A stretch of 64,000 bases of DNA from an uncultured Solirubrobacteraceae bacterium (GTDB lineage: Bacteria > Actinomycetota > Thermoleophilia > Solirubrobacterales > Solirubrobacteraceae). This document shows, piece by piece, positions 37,025-44,798 of this stretch (position 1 is the first letter of the stretch; every line of letters begins with the position of its first letter). Under the pieces are notes generated by a model that did no database searches, was not told the DNA's origin, and was given only the letters and a program-made list of their open reading frames with translations. The DNA lies in NCBI GenBank assembly GCA_963800905.1, contig CAWDCT010000009.1, positions 80,681 through 144,680 of the forward strand, given 5' to 3'. The position numbers were made by a program, and so were the translations under genes.

Positions 37025-37450
37025 ATGTTCGGGTGTGTGGACACCCTGACGCAGGGCGATCTGGGCGAGGCCTCGGCGATCGAGTGGCTCGTATCGCGCG
37101 GCTATCCCGTCTGGATTCCTGTCGGCCGCTCGCCGGACAGCGACCTTGTCACCCGGATCGACGGCCGGCTTGCGGGCGTGCAGGTCAAGACGTGCCGCAG
37201 GCTGTTCAACGGCCGCTTCCAGGTGATGGTGTGCACCAAGGGCGGCAACCAGAGCTGGAACGGGGTGGTCAAGCGGTTCTCCGCCACGCGGTGCGACTGG
37301 CTGTTCGTACTCGTCGCTGATGGGCGTCGCTGGTTCATCCCCGGCGAGCGAGGTCGGCGGCGGCTCCGCGATAATGCTCGGGGGCCCAAAATACGCCGCG
37401 TTCGAGGTCGAACCCGGTCGTCCGTTGAGTGCCCCTTCACCCGCCTCGCC
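37025..37450 (+). pseudogene. Stand-alone PD-(D/E)XK endonuclease (group I intron-associated endonuclease-like family); 1 frameshift near 37335, 3' end uncertain
   Basis: ORF 37025..37564: TLTQGDLGEASAIEWLVSRGYPVWIPVGRSPDSDLVTRIDGRLAGVQVKTC...DWLFVLVADGRRWFIP, then ASEVGGGSAIMLGGPKYAAFEVEPGRPL in the frame of ORF 37320..37508. Both frames otherwise run into tRNA-Tyr. Confidence 0.6.
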
Positions 37451-37470
37451 GCTAGACTCGATGGCCGCGC

Positions 37471-37552
37471 GGTGGGGTTCCCGAGCGGTCAAAGGGGACG
37501 GACTGTAAATCCGTTGGCTCAGCCTTCGCAGGTTCGAATCCTGCCCCCACCA
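37471..37552 (+). tRNA. tRNA-Tyr: tRNA-Tyr (anticodon GTA), long variable arm, no encoded CCA
   Basis: GGTGGGGTTCCCGAGCGGTCAAAGGGGACGGACTGTAAATCCGTTGGCTCAGCCTTCGCAGGTTCGAATCCTGCCCCCACCA. Acceptor GGTGGGG/CCCCACC, anticodon loop CTGTAAA, T-loop GGTTCGAATCC. Closely resembles E. coli tyrT. Confidence 0.95.
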
Positions 37553-37553
37553 T

Positions 37554-38759
37554 TTAGTCGCTGAACTCGTAGGCGCCCGCATCCGGGGCGCCTTCGCGGG
37601 GGTTGCCGTCGCGGTCGGTCTTGGGGGCGTACTTCGGGTCGGCGGCGTCGATCGCCGGCGAGTCTGCGGTCAGGTGGAGGTCTGACGTCAACCCGAACGG
37701 CGCGGGCAGGTCGACGGTCGACTCGTACGGGCTGACCTCGGCGTCGGAGTCGCTGCATTTCTCGCCGACGTTGCCGCTGTAGGTCACGCCGGGCAGGCAT
37801 CCCCAGCCGCCCCCGATGTTGTTGGCGACCACGCCTGAGTACGGGCCCGGGCCGACGTGCTCCGGCGCGATGCCGATGCCGCGCTCGAAGGTGTTGTTCA
37901 CGATCCGGGCGCGGTCGAAGGCGCCGACGAACCAGCCGAGGTTCGCGCCCGCGTGCCAGCCGTCATCGTCGGTGTTGTGGCCGACGACGTTGTTCTCGAA
38001 CGTCACGCAGCAGTACGGCTGCATGCCGTAGGAGTCGCCGCGGCCCATCGAGACGCTCATCGTGGCGCAGTTGACGAAGGTGCTGTTGCGGATCGTGATC
38101 GCCTGGGCCTCGACCTTGATGCACTCGTTGTGGCAGCCGGCCGCCGGATCGGTGTTGAGCACGTCGTGGAAGACCACGTTGTCGAACACGAGGCCGAGCG
38201 TCTCGGGCTGCGGCGGCCCCGGATCGCCGCCGACGAGCGCGCCCTTCTGGCAGTCGACGTTGCCGACCCGGCTGTTGCGGACGGTGACGTCGCGGGCCGT
38301 GCCCGCGATCTCGAGCGTCGCGCCGCCTGGCCCGGGGTTCTCGCCCCCGGTGTCGATGTCGAAGCCGTCGATCACCACGCCCTGGCCGCCGAAGTGCAGC
38401 CGCCGGACCTTGACGTCGCTGGGTCGCGACGGGCTGCCGATGAACGTCACGTGGCCGGAGTGCGCCGCCGGCGTGTCGTTGCCGGTGGCGGCATCGCGGA
38501 CGCCGCCGAAGAACTGGTCCGGGTAGCGGCCGGGCCGCACGCGCACCGTTGCCCCACGCGGCGCGGCCTCGTACGCCTCGCGTAGCGAGCCGCACGCGCG
38601 CGCCGGGTCGTACGCTCCAGGAGAGCTCGCGTACCGGCAGTCCCCGCCGGCGGTGTCGACCCACAGGTTCGCCACGGCCTGCTCGTCCGACCGCGTGACG
38701 GCGTACGCGACTCCGGAACCGACAAGGATCAGGGCGACGGCGACAGCGCGACGGAGCAC
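37554..38759 (-). CDS. Right-handed parallel beta-helix repeat protein with N-terminal membrane anchor/signal
   Basis: C-terminal 401 aa of ORF 37554..39152, from GTG 38759: VLRRAVAVALILVGSGVAYAV...VTVRNSRVGNVDC...LVFDNVVFHDV...ITIRNSTFVNC...VTFENNVVGHN...IVNNTFERG...ANNIGGG. Ends ...TDRDGNPREGAPDAGAYEFSD*, typical of pectate-lyase-fold proteins. Confidence 0.7.
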   Translation of the reverse strand: MLRRAVAVALILVGSGVAYAVTRSDEQAVANLWVDTAGGDCRYASSPGAYDPARACGSLREAYEAAPRGATVRVRPGRYPDQFFGGVRDAATGNDTPAAHSGHVTFIGSPSRPSDVKVRRLHFGGQGVVIDGFDIDTGGENPGPGGATLEIAGTARDVTVRNSRVGNVDCQKGALVGGDPGPPQPETLGLVFDNVVFHDVLNTDPAAGCHNECIKVEAQAITIRNSTFVNCATMSVSMGRGDSYGMQPYCCVTFENNVVGHNTDDDGWHAGANLGWFVGAFDRARIVNNTFERGIGIAPEHVGPGPYSGVVANNIGGGWGCLPGVTYSGNVGEKCSDSDAEVSPYESTVDLPAPFGLTSDLHLTADSPAIDAADPKYAPKTDRDGNPREGAPDAGAYEFSD

Positions 38760-38805
38760 ATCGCGAGGATCCCAGGCTCCGGCGAGCGCGCGGCACACCG
38801 GAAGT

Positions 38806-41019
38806 TCAGGCGTTGATGAGCACTCGGGTGAGCTGGGAGCGCGAGCGCACGCCGAGCTTGGCGTAGACGCGCGTGAGGGTGTTCTCGATCGTGCCCTCGC
38901 TGAGGTACAGCTCGGCGGCGACCTGCTTGTTGCTGCGGCCCTCGGCGACCAGCGCCGCGATCGTCCGCTCGCGGTCGGTGAGGTCGCCGCCCGCGGCGTG
39001 GCGGTTCCGCGGCGCCACCCTGGTGCCGAGCGCGCGCAGCTCGCGCGCGGCGGCGTCGCCCAGGCGCAGCGCTCCGCCGCGGGCAGCGTCGGCCGCCAGC
39101 TGCTGCAGCGCCGCCTTGGCCGCCTCGGTCGCGCCGGCGGCCGCGTGGGCACGGCCGGCGAGCAGGCGCGCCTCCGCGGCGTCGAGCGGCATCGCGGTCG
39201 CGATCGCCTCCTCGGCGAGCTCGGCGGCCGCCGCGGCGTCTCCGCCGGCGAGCAGGAGCTCGGCGTGCGCGCACGCGGCGCGCGCGGCGCTCGTGGGGAG
39301 CTCGAGCTCGATCGCGTGGGCGGCCCAGCGGTCGGCCGGGTCTTGGCGGCCGGGCACGGACTCGCTCATGCACGCCTCCGCCTCGGCCGCCTCGCCGCGG
39401 TCGTGGTGCAGCAAGGCGCGCAGGCGCGGGACGAACGGGACGCTCTGACGCGCCGCTACCTCCTCCGCCGCATGCGCCTCGCGCAGCGCGCCGTCGAGGT
39501 CGACCTGGAGCCAGAGCACGACCGCGCGGAGCTCGAGCAGCGGCACGAGGGCGTCCTCCTGATGCGTGCGCCGCGCGATCGCCAGCGCCCGCTCGCACGT
39601 GGCGGCGGCGTCGCCGAGCCGCTCGTCGAGCAGCTGCATGCGCGCGATCCGCACCACCACGGCCAGGTTCGCGCCCAGCACCTCGTCGTCGAGCTCCCGC
39701 ACCCGCGCGTCGCCGAGCGCCGCGCGCAGCAGCGGATCGTCCGTCTCGGCGGCACGCGCCGCCCACTCGGGACCCTCCGGGATCAGCTCGAACGCCACCG
39801 CCGGGTCGGAGGTCGCCTCGTAGGCGGCGAGCAGCCGCCGCCGGGCGGCATCCGGGTCGCCGAGCAGCCGCTCCAGACGCGCGCACGCGATCACGAGCGC
39901 GGGCTCGGTCGCCGCCGCGAGCGCCTCGCGCGCCTCGACCAGCCGCCCGGCGCGCGCCAGCGCCAGCCCGTACGGCCCGAGCAGCGCGGCGCGGCCCTCG
40001 TCCGGGACCAGGCGCAGCGCCGCCTCGTACCAGTGCGCCGCCGCCGCGCCCTCGGCGGCCTCGACCAGCAGCGCGACCGCCGCCGCGTCGCCCGGCAGCG
40101 CGTAGCGCGCGACGTGACGCGCCCGCGCCGCCACACCCGCGCCCCGGCGCTCGAGCGCCGCCGCGGCGCGCTCGTGGGCGGCGAGCCGCCAGGCCGGAGC
40201 GGTGTGGTGGTAGACGGCGCGGCAGACCATCGGATGGCGGAAGGCGAACATCGGCCCGGACTCCGGCCGCACGAGGTCGACGGCCACCAGCTCGTCGAGC
40301 GCGACCGGGTCGAGCTCCCGCCCGGCCGCCGCGGCGGCCAGCTCCGGGTCGAACGGGTCGCCGGCCACGGCCGCGCCGTCCGCCAGCGCCCGCGCGCCCT
40401 CGCTCAGCGCGTCCAGCTCCACTTCCAGCGACGCCAGCAGCGGGCAGCTCAGCGCACCCGGCCGGCGCGCGAACTCGGTCAGGTACAGCGGGTTGCCGCG
40501 CGACTCGCCGAGGATCCACTCGCGCGCCTCTTCCTCCACGCCCGCCAGCAGCGCGAGCGAGGCGTCGTCGTCGAGCGGCTCGAGCACGAGCTCCTCGAAG
40601 CCCGCCACGCGGCGCGCCTCGCCCAGCAGCCGCAGCGCCGGGCCCGAGCCGCGCGGTCGCGACGCCACGACGAGCAGGTACGGCTCGGCCGGCGGGCGGC
40701 CGAGCAGGTCGAGCACGAGATCGGTCGAGGCCTCGTCGGCCCAGTGCGCGTCGTCGACCAGCAGCGCGGCCGAGCCGAGGTCGGCGGTCAGCTCGCGCGA
40801 GACCGCCGCGAACGGCACGTACCGCTCGTGCGCCGCCGCGCGCGCCTGCCGCACCTCCAGCCCGCGCGCCCGGGCCAGCCCGGCGATCGCGGCCAGCAGC
40901 GCGGTCTTGCCGATCCCGGCCTCGCCGATCACGCCCAGGATGCGGGTCGAGCCGCCGCGCACGTCATCCAGCGCGCGCGAGACGACGCTCAGCTCTCGTT
41001 TGCGGCCGACGAGCTCCAC
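38806..41019 (-). CDS. Large ATP-binding LuxR-family (LAL) regulator, intact paralog of 4155..6882
   Basis: GTG 41019 gives VELVGRKRELSVVSRALDDVRGGSTRILGVIGEAGIGKTALLAAI (Walker A) ...LLVDDAHWADEAS...GNPLYLTEFAR...FAFRHPMVCRAVYH... C-terminal LTDRERTIAALVAEGRSNKQVAAELYLSEGTIENTLTRVYAKLGV. One frame throughout. The upstream part of ORF 38806..42072 is a spurious extension. Confidence 0.85.
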   Translation of the reverse strand: MELVGRKRELSVVSRALDDVRGGSTRILGVIGEAGIGKTALLAAIAGLARARGLEVRQARAAAHERYVPFAAVSRELTADLGSAALLVDDAHWADEASTDLVLDLLGRPPAEPYLLVVASRPRGSGPALRLLGEARRVAGFEELVLEPLDDDASLALLAGVEEEAREWILGESRGNPLYLTEFARRPGALSCPLLASLEVELDALSEGARALADGAAVAGDPFDPELAAAAAGRELDPVALDELVAVDLVRPESGPMFAFRHPMVCRAVYHHTAPAWRLAAHERAAAALERRGAGVAARARHVARYALPGDAAAVALLVEAAEGAAAAHWYEAALRLVPDEGRAALLGPYGLALARAGRLVEAREALAAATEPALVIACARLERLLGDPDAARRRLLAAYEATSDPAVAFELIPEGPEWAARAAETDDPLLRAALGDARVRELDDEVLGANLAVVVRIARMQLLDERLGDAAATCERALAIARRTHQEDALVPLLELRAVVLWLQVDLDGALREAHAAEEVAARQSVPFVPRLRALLHHDRGEAAEAEACMSESVPGRQDPADRWAAHAIELELPTSAARAACAHAELLLAGGDAAAAAELAEEAIATAMPLDAAEARLLAGRAHAAAGATEAAKAALQQLAADAARGGALRLGDAAARELRALGTRVAPRNRHAAGGDLTDRERTIAALVAEGRSNKQVAAELYLSEGTIENTLTRVYAKLGVRSRSQLTRVLINA

Positions 41020-41139
41020 GAGAAGGCCAGACGTGCGAAGGCCGCCGCCTATTCCGTTCCGGGACGGGAACGGCGTGGGAGCAGACGGACCTGAAGCCGT
41101 CGGTGCGCCCGCGCACGCTCGGGTAGTCACCATGGGGAC

Positions 41140-41889
41140 ATGGGAGAACGACTCGACGGAACCGTCGCGCTGGTCACCGGCGCGAGCAGTGGAATCGGCG
41201 AGGCGACGGCGCGGACGCTCGCCCGCGCCGGCGCCAAGGTCGCGATAGCGGCGCGCCGCAAGGACCGGCTCGACGCCCTGGCGGCGGAGATCGACGCGCT
41301 CGTGATCGAGGCCGACGTCACCGACCGCGAGCAGGCGACGGCGGCCGTCGAGCGCACGGTCGGCGAGCTCGGCCGGCTCGACACGGTCATCAACAACGCC
41401 GGCGTGATGCTGCTCAGCCAGGCCGCCGACCAGCCGCTCGACGACTGGCAGCGGATGGTCGACGTCAACGTCAACGGCTTCCTCTACGTCGCCCACGCCG
41501 CGATCGAGCCGCTGCTGGCCGCCGCCGAGGACAGCCCGCGCAAGGTCTCGGACCTCGTCAACATCAGCTCGATCGCCGGCCGCCGCGCCAACCGCGGATC
41601 GGCCGTCTACAACCTGACCAAGCACGGCGTCGGCGCGTTCAGTGAGGCGCTGCGGCAGGAGTTCGCCACCCGCCACCTGCGGGTCTCGCTCGTCGAGCCC
41701 GGCGCGGTGGCCACCGAGCTGGTGCAGCAGATGGGGCCGGAGGGAGTCGAGGCGGCGCGCAAGCGCTTCGAGGGCGTCGAGCGGCTGACTGCCGACGACA
41801 TCGCCAACGCGATCGAGTACATCGTCACCCGCCCGTGGCGGGTCGCCGTCAACGAGATCATGATCCGGCCTACCGAGCAGGAGTGGTGA
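41140..41889 (+). CDS. SDR-family oxidoreductase
   Basis: ORF 41140..41889 (249 aa): TGASSGIGEATA (TGxxxGxG), NNAG, catalytic S...YNLTK (YxxxK). Confidence 0.9.
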   Translation: MGERLDGTVALVTGASSGIGEATARTLARAGAKVAIAARRKDRLDALAAEIDALVIEADVTDREQATAAVERTVGELGRLDTVINNAGVMLLSQAADQPLDDWQRMVDVNVNGFLYVAHAAIEPLLAAAEDSPRKVSDLVNISSIAGRRANRGSAVYNLTKHGVGAFSEALRQEFATRHLRVSLVEPGAVATELVQQMGPEGVEAARKRFEGVERLTADDIANAIEYIVTRPWRVAVNEIMIRPTEQEW

Positions 41890-42958
41890 ACGCGCGAAGC
41901 GCCGGCACGGGCTCGCCGATGCCGCGCAGCTCGTAGGCGCCGGCGTCCTCCCAGCCGAGCGCGTCGCCGCATGCCGTCCGGACCTCGGCCGTTGCCAGCA
42001 CGGTCCACGGCGGCGCGACCGTGCACAGCCGCGCGGCGAGGTTGACGGTTCGCCCGAGCCAGTCGCCGGCACTGTGCAGCGCCGGCCCGTGGGCGACGCC
42101 GGCGTGCACGGGCGGCAGGTCCTCGTCGGCCGCCGCCGCGACCAGCTCGAGCTGCGCGGTCACCAGGGCGGCGGCGTCGTCCGCCGCGAACATCGCGCCG
42201 TCGCCGAGCACCTTCACAAGCCGCACGGGCGCTTCTGCGACCCCGGTGGCCAGCTCCTCGAATCGCGCCGCGATCCGCCCGAGGTCCTCGATCGCGAGCC
42301 GGTCGCTGAGCGCGGTGAAGCCCGCCAGATCGGCGAAGGCGACGGTCACGTCGCGCGTGCCGGCCAGGTCGCCCTCCAGCCGTACGACGGCCTCGCGCTG
42401 GATCACGTCGAGCAGGTGCAGCCGCAGCGCGGACCCGGTCACCCGGTCGAGCATCGGCAGCACCGCCTCGGCGAGGTTGGCGAGCCGCCGCGCCAGGTCG
42501 GCCTCGGTGTCGCCCGGCCGCAGCAGCGCGCGCGAGACGACGTCGACGATCGCCTGGGCGGTCCGGCGCGAGGACTGCCCGAGGATGCGGCCCATGACCT
42601 GGATGTCCTGCTCCGGCACGCCCAGCTCGCGCATCCCGCGCAGGACCTTGAGGACCTCGATCTGGTCGTCGTCGTAGATCGGCTCGTCGTTGCCCGGCAG
42701 CGGCAGGCCGAGCGCGCGGTGGTTGTCGGCCGCGAACTCCTCGCTGACCTCGGCCGCGCGGGCTCCCTCGCGCAGGCTGTGCCTGCGGCGCCGCGCCAGC
42801 AGCCGCTCGACCGGCAGCAGCGGCAGCCGCCCGGCCGCGGTCGCCGCCTCCAGCTCCTCCAGCGTGGCGCCGTCGGCATGCAGCCTTTCCAGGAACTCCA
42901 GCCGCGCCTGGCGCTCGTCCCCCTCCAGGCCCTCGAGCAGCGCACTGAAATCCGACAT
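41870..42958 (-). CDS. Class III adenylate/guanylate cyclase with an about 190-aa N-terminal regulatory region
   Basis: ORF 41870..42958 (362 aa). Cyclase core VTVAFADLAGFTALSDRL...RLVKVLGDGAMFAA...GDWLGRTVNLAARL...AYELRGIGEPV. Convergent 20-nt overlap with the SDR gene. Confidence 0.85.
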   Translation of the reverse strand: MSDFSALLEGLEGDERQARLEFLERLHADGATLEELEAATAAGRLPLLPVERLLARRRRHSLREGARAAEVSEEFAADNHRALGLPLPGNDEPIYDDDQIEVLKVLRGMRELGVPEQDIQVMGRILGQSSRRTAQAIVDVVSRALLRPGDTEADLARRLANLAEAVLPMLDRVTGSALRLHLLDVIQREAVVRLEGDLAGTRDVTVAFADLAGFTALSDRLAIEDLGRIAARFEELATGVAEAPVRLVKVLGDGAMFAADDAAALVTAQLELVAAAADEDLPPVHAGVAHGPALHSAGDWLGRTVNLAARLCTVAPPWTVLATAEVRTACGDALGWEDAGAYELRGIGEPVPALRAFTTPAR

Positions 42959-42991
42959 GCGCCGGACGCTATCCGGTGCTACCTTCGAGAC

Positions 42992-43513
42992 GTGTCACCT
43001 GGCAGGGGACACGTCGTTCAGGTGGCGCCTGACTCGAGCGGGGCCGCACGCCTACCGGCTCACGCGCCGCGGCTGTTCCGCGCGGCTTACGCCCTGGCGG
43101 GGACGCGGCCGGACGCCGAGGACCTGGTCCAGGAGACATTCGCGCGGGTCCTGGCGAGCCGCAAGGGGTCGCGGCATGCAGACGAGCTTCCGTACCTGAT
43201 GAGGGCATTGCGCAACACCTGGATCGACTGGCAGCGGGCGCGCGCCGCGCGTCCGCGGGCGAGCGGGGGCGAGACCGTCGACTGGGTCGTCGACGACTCC
43301 GCCGACCCGCAGGCCGCGGTCGAGGTGCAGACCGCCTACGAGGCGATGCGCGAGCTGTCGCCGCCGCTGCGCGAGGCGATCGCGGCGGTCGACGTGCTCG
43401 GCCTCTCCTACAAGGAGGCCGCTCGCTCGCTGAAGATCCGGCCGGGCACGCTGATGAGCCGGCTGTCGCGGGCGCGCGATCGCGTCGCCGATGCGCTGGA
43501 GGGGGCGTCATGA
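42992..43513 (+). CDS. ECF-type sigma-70 family sigma factor (start uncertain)
   Basis: In-frame part of ORF 42074..43513: ...RLFRAAYALAGTRPDAEDLVQETFARVL (region 2) ...LSPPLREAIAAVDVLGLSYKEAARSLKIRPGTLMSRLSRARDRV (region 4). GTG 42992 lies only 33 nt from the divergent cyclase start, so a later start is possible. Confidence 0.8.
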   Translation: MSPGRGHVVQVAPDSSGAARLPAHAPRLFRAAYALAGTRPDAEDLVQETFARVLASRKGSRHADELPYLMRALRNTWIDWQRARAARPRASGGETVDWVVDDSADPQAAVEVQTAYEAMRELSPPLREAIAAVDVLGLSYKEAARSLKIRPGTLMSRLSRARDRVADALEGAS

Positions 43514-44139
43514 GCATTGACGAACGTCACGAGCGGGTCAGCCGCGTGCTGGGGTCCGGCGGTCCGGCCGTGCCCGACACGCTGTACGTGCCGGTGGTCA
43601 AGGAGCGGCCGGCGCGCCGCCCGCGCCTGTGGGTGCCCACCGTGGCCGCGGCGGCGGCCGGCGTGGCGCTCGCGATCCTCGTCGTCGTGCTCACCTCCGC
43701 CGGCGAGTCCGGGCTGCGCGCCTACGCGAGCATCTCCGCGCGCCCCGAGACCCAGCCGACCCCGCGGAGCGACGGCGCGCTGCTCGATCGCTCCTTCCAG
43801 GGCGTCAGCTATCCCGACTGGTCGCGCAAGTTCGGCTGGATGGCCGAGGGTGCCCGGGCGGACGTCATCGAGGGCCGCCGCGCGGAGTCAGTCTTCTACA
43901 TGCACCACGGGCACCGGATCGCCTACACGGTGATCGAGGGCGCGCCGATCGCGCCGCCCGAGGACGCCACGACGCGGCGCGTCGGCGGCGTCACGCTGCG
44001 GCAGTTCCGCGACGGGCCGCGCGACGTCGTGACGTTCGTGCGCAACGGCCGCACCTGCGTGCTCGAGGGCGAGGTCCTCAGTCCCGAAACGCTGGTCGAG
44101 CTCGCCGCGTGGCGCGGCGACGGCGCCGTGAGCTTCTAG
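43510..44139 (+). CDS. Putative membrane anti-sigma factor
   Basis: ORF 43510..44139 (209 aa). ATGA overlap with the sigma gene stop. A single TM (LWVPTVAAAAAGVALAILVVVLT) and an extracytoplasmic domain. Assignment is by position only. Confidence 0.55.
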   Translation: MSIDERHERVSRVLGSGGPAVPDTLYVPVVKERPARRPRLWVPTVAAAAAGVALAILVVVLTSAGESGLRAYASISARPETQPTPRSDGALLDRSFQGVSYPDWSRKFGWMAEGARADVIEGRRAESVFYMHHGHRIAYTVIEGAPIAPPEDATTRRVGGVTLRQFRDGPRDVVTFVRNGRTCVLEGEVLSPETLVELAAWRGDGAVSF

Positions 44140-44164
44140 CTGCAAGTACCGAGCAGGTTGTTCA

Positions 44165-44298
44165 GTCGGCGAACTGCGGCTGATTTCCGCGTCGAATCCT
44201 GGATAGGGGTCGCTATACGACCCCAGGGCAGGATTCGTCGAAGGAAACCCGCCCCGCCGGCGTCCCCGCTGCCCCACCCAGCCGCGGTTGACGTTCGC
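44165..44298. repeat. TIR-bounded palindromic intergenic element, shortened copy in inverse orientation to 17473..17640
   Basis: Its reverse complement aligns with copy 17473: AACGTCAACCGCGGCTGGGTGGGGCAGCGGGGACGCCGGCGGGGCGGGTTTCCTTCGACGAATCCTGCCCTGGGGTCGTATAGCGACCCCTATCCAGGATTCGACG. The far end is truncated to CAGCCGCAGTTCGCCGAC. It lies between convergent genes (stops at 44139 and 44345). Confidence 0.8.
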
Positions 44299-44344
44299 CC
44301 GTCACGCACGCCGGCCGGAGGAACAACGTGCTCAGGAAGTAGGT

Positions 44345-44746
44345 CTAGCCGAGCGTCTCAGCCAGCACGGCGCGGTGCGTGGGGCGCGCGGCCTCGTAGC
44401 GCTCGCGCCCTGAATCGGTCAGGCAGGCCATGATGCCCCGCCGGTCCTCGGGGCACATGCCCCGCTTGACCAGGCCGTCCGTCTCCAGCCGCGCGACGAC
44501 GCGTGAGAGCGCGCTCTGGCTCAGGTGGACGGCGTCGGCGAGCTCCTGCATCCGGCGCTCGTCCTTGCCCGAGGTGGCCAGGCGCTCCAGCACCTCGAAC
44601 TCGCTGACGCCGAGGCCGTGCTCGTGCTGGAGCCGGCGCTCGAGCGCCGACGTAGTGCGGGCGTGGCGTTCCAGCAGCCAGCGCCAGCTGTCAACCAGCT
44701 CCGTGTCCACACCCATCGCGGTGGCCATTATATCAGTCCTGAGCAT
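44345..44746 (-). CDS. MarR-family transcriptional regulator
   Basis: ORF 44345..44746 (133 aa): LGVSEFEVLERLATSGKDERRMQELADAVHLSQSALSRVVARLETDGLVKR. The start may be ATG 44728. Confidence 0.85.
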   Translation of the reverse strand: MLRTDIMATAMGVDTELVDSWRWLLERHARTTSALERRLQHEHGLGVSEFEVLERLATSGKDERRMQELADAVHLSQSALSRVVARLETDGLVKRGMCPEDRRGIMACLTDSGRERYEAARPTHRAVLAETLG

Positions 44747-44770
44747 ATTATGCGTTCACAAAATATCCTT

Positions 44771-44798
44771 AGACAATAGTTGCAGATGCATATAGTCT
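44771..44798. promoter_or_regulatory. Candidate MarR operator in an AT-rich divergent promoter region
   Basis: Inverted repeat AGACAATA-n12-TATAGTCT (7/8), immediately upstream of the MFS start, within an unusually AT-rich island of about 75 nt (44727-44800). Confidence 0.35.

Noticed and set aside
37471-38800. Genomic island or prophage integrated at tRNA-Tyr, and likewise at tRNA-Thr (62409).
   Set aside because: No integrase, excisionase, phage or conjugation genes lie next to either tRNA. By eye I saw no direct repeat of either tRNA 3' end downstream. GC content does not shift.
41020-42072. N-terminal 350 aa of the 1088-aa ORF 38806..42072(-), suggesting a much larger LAL protein.
   Set aside because: This stretch is antisense to the well-supported SDR gene (41140..41889) and overlaps the cyclase 3' end. 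The ATPase domain begins right after GVIGEAGIGKT, with a GTG at 41019. The extension has no motifs.
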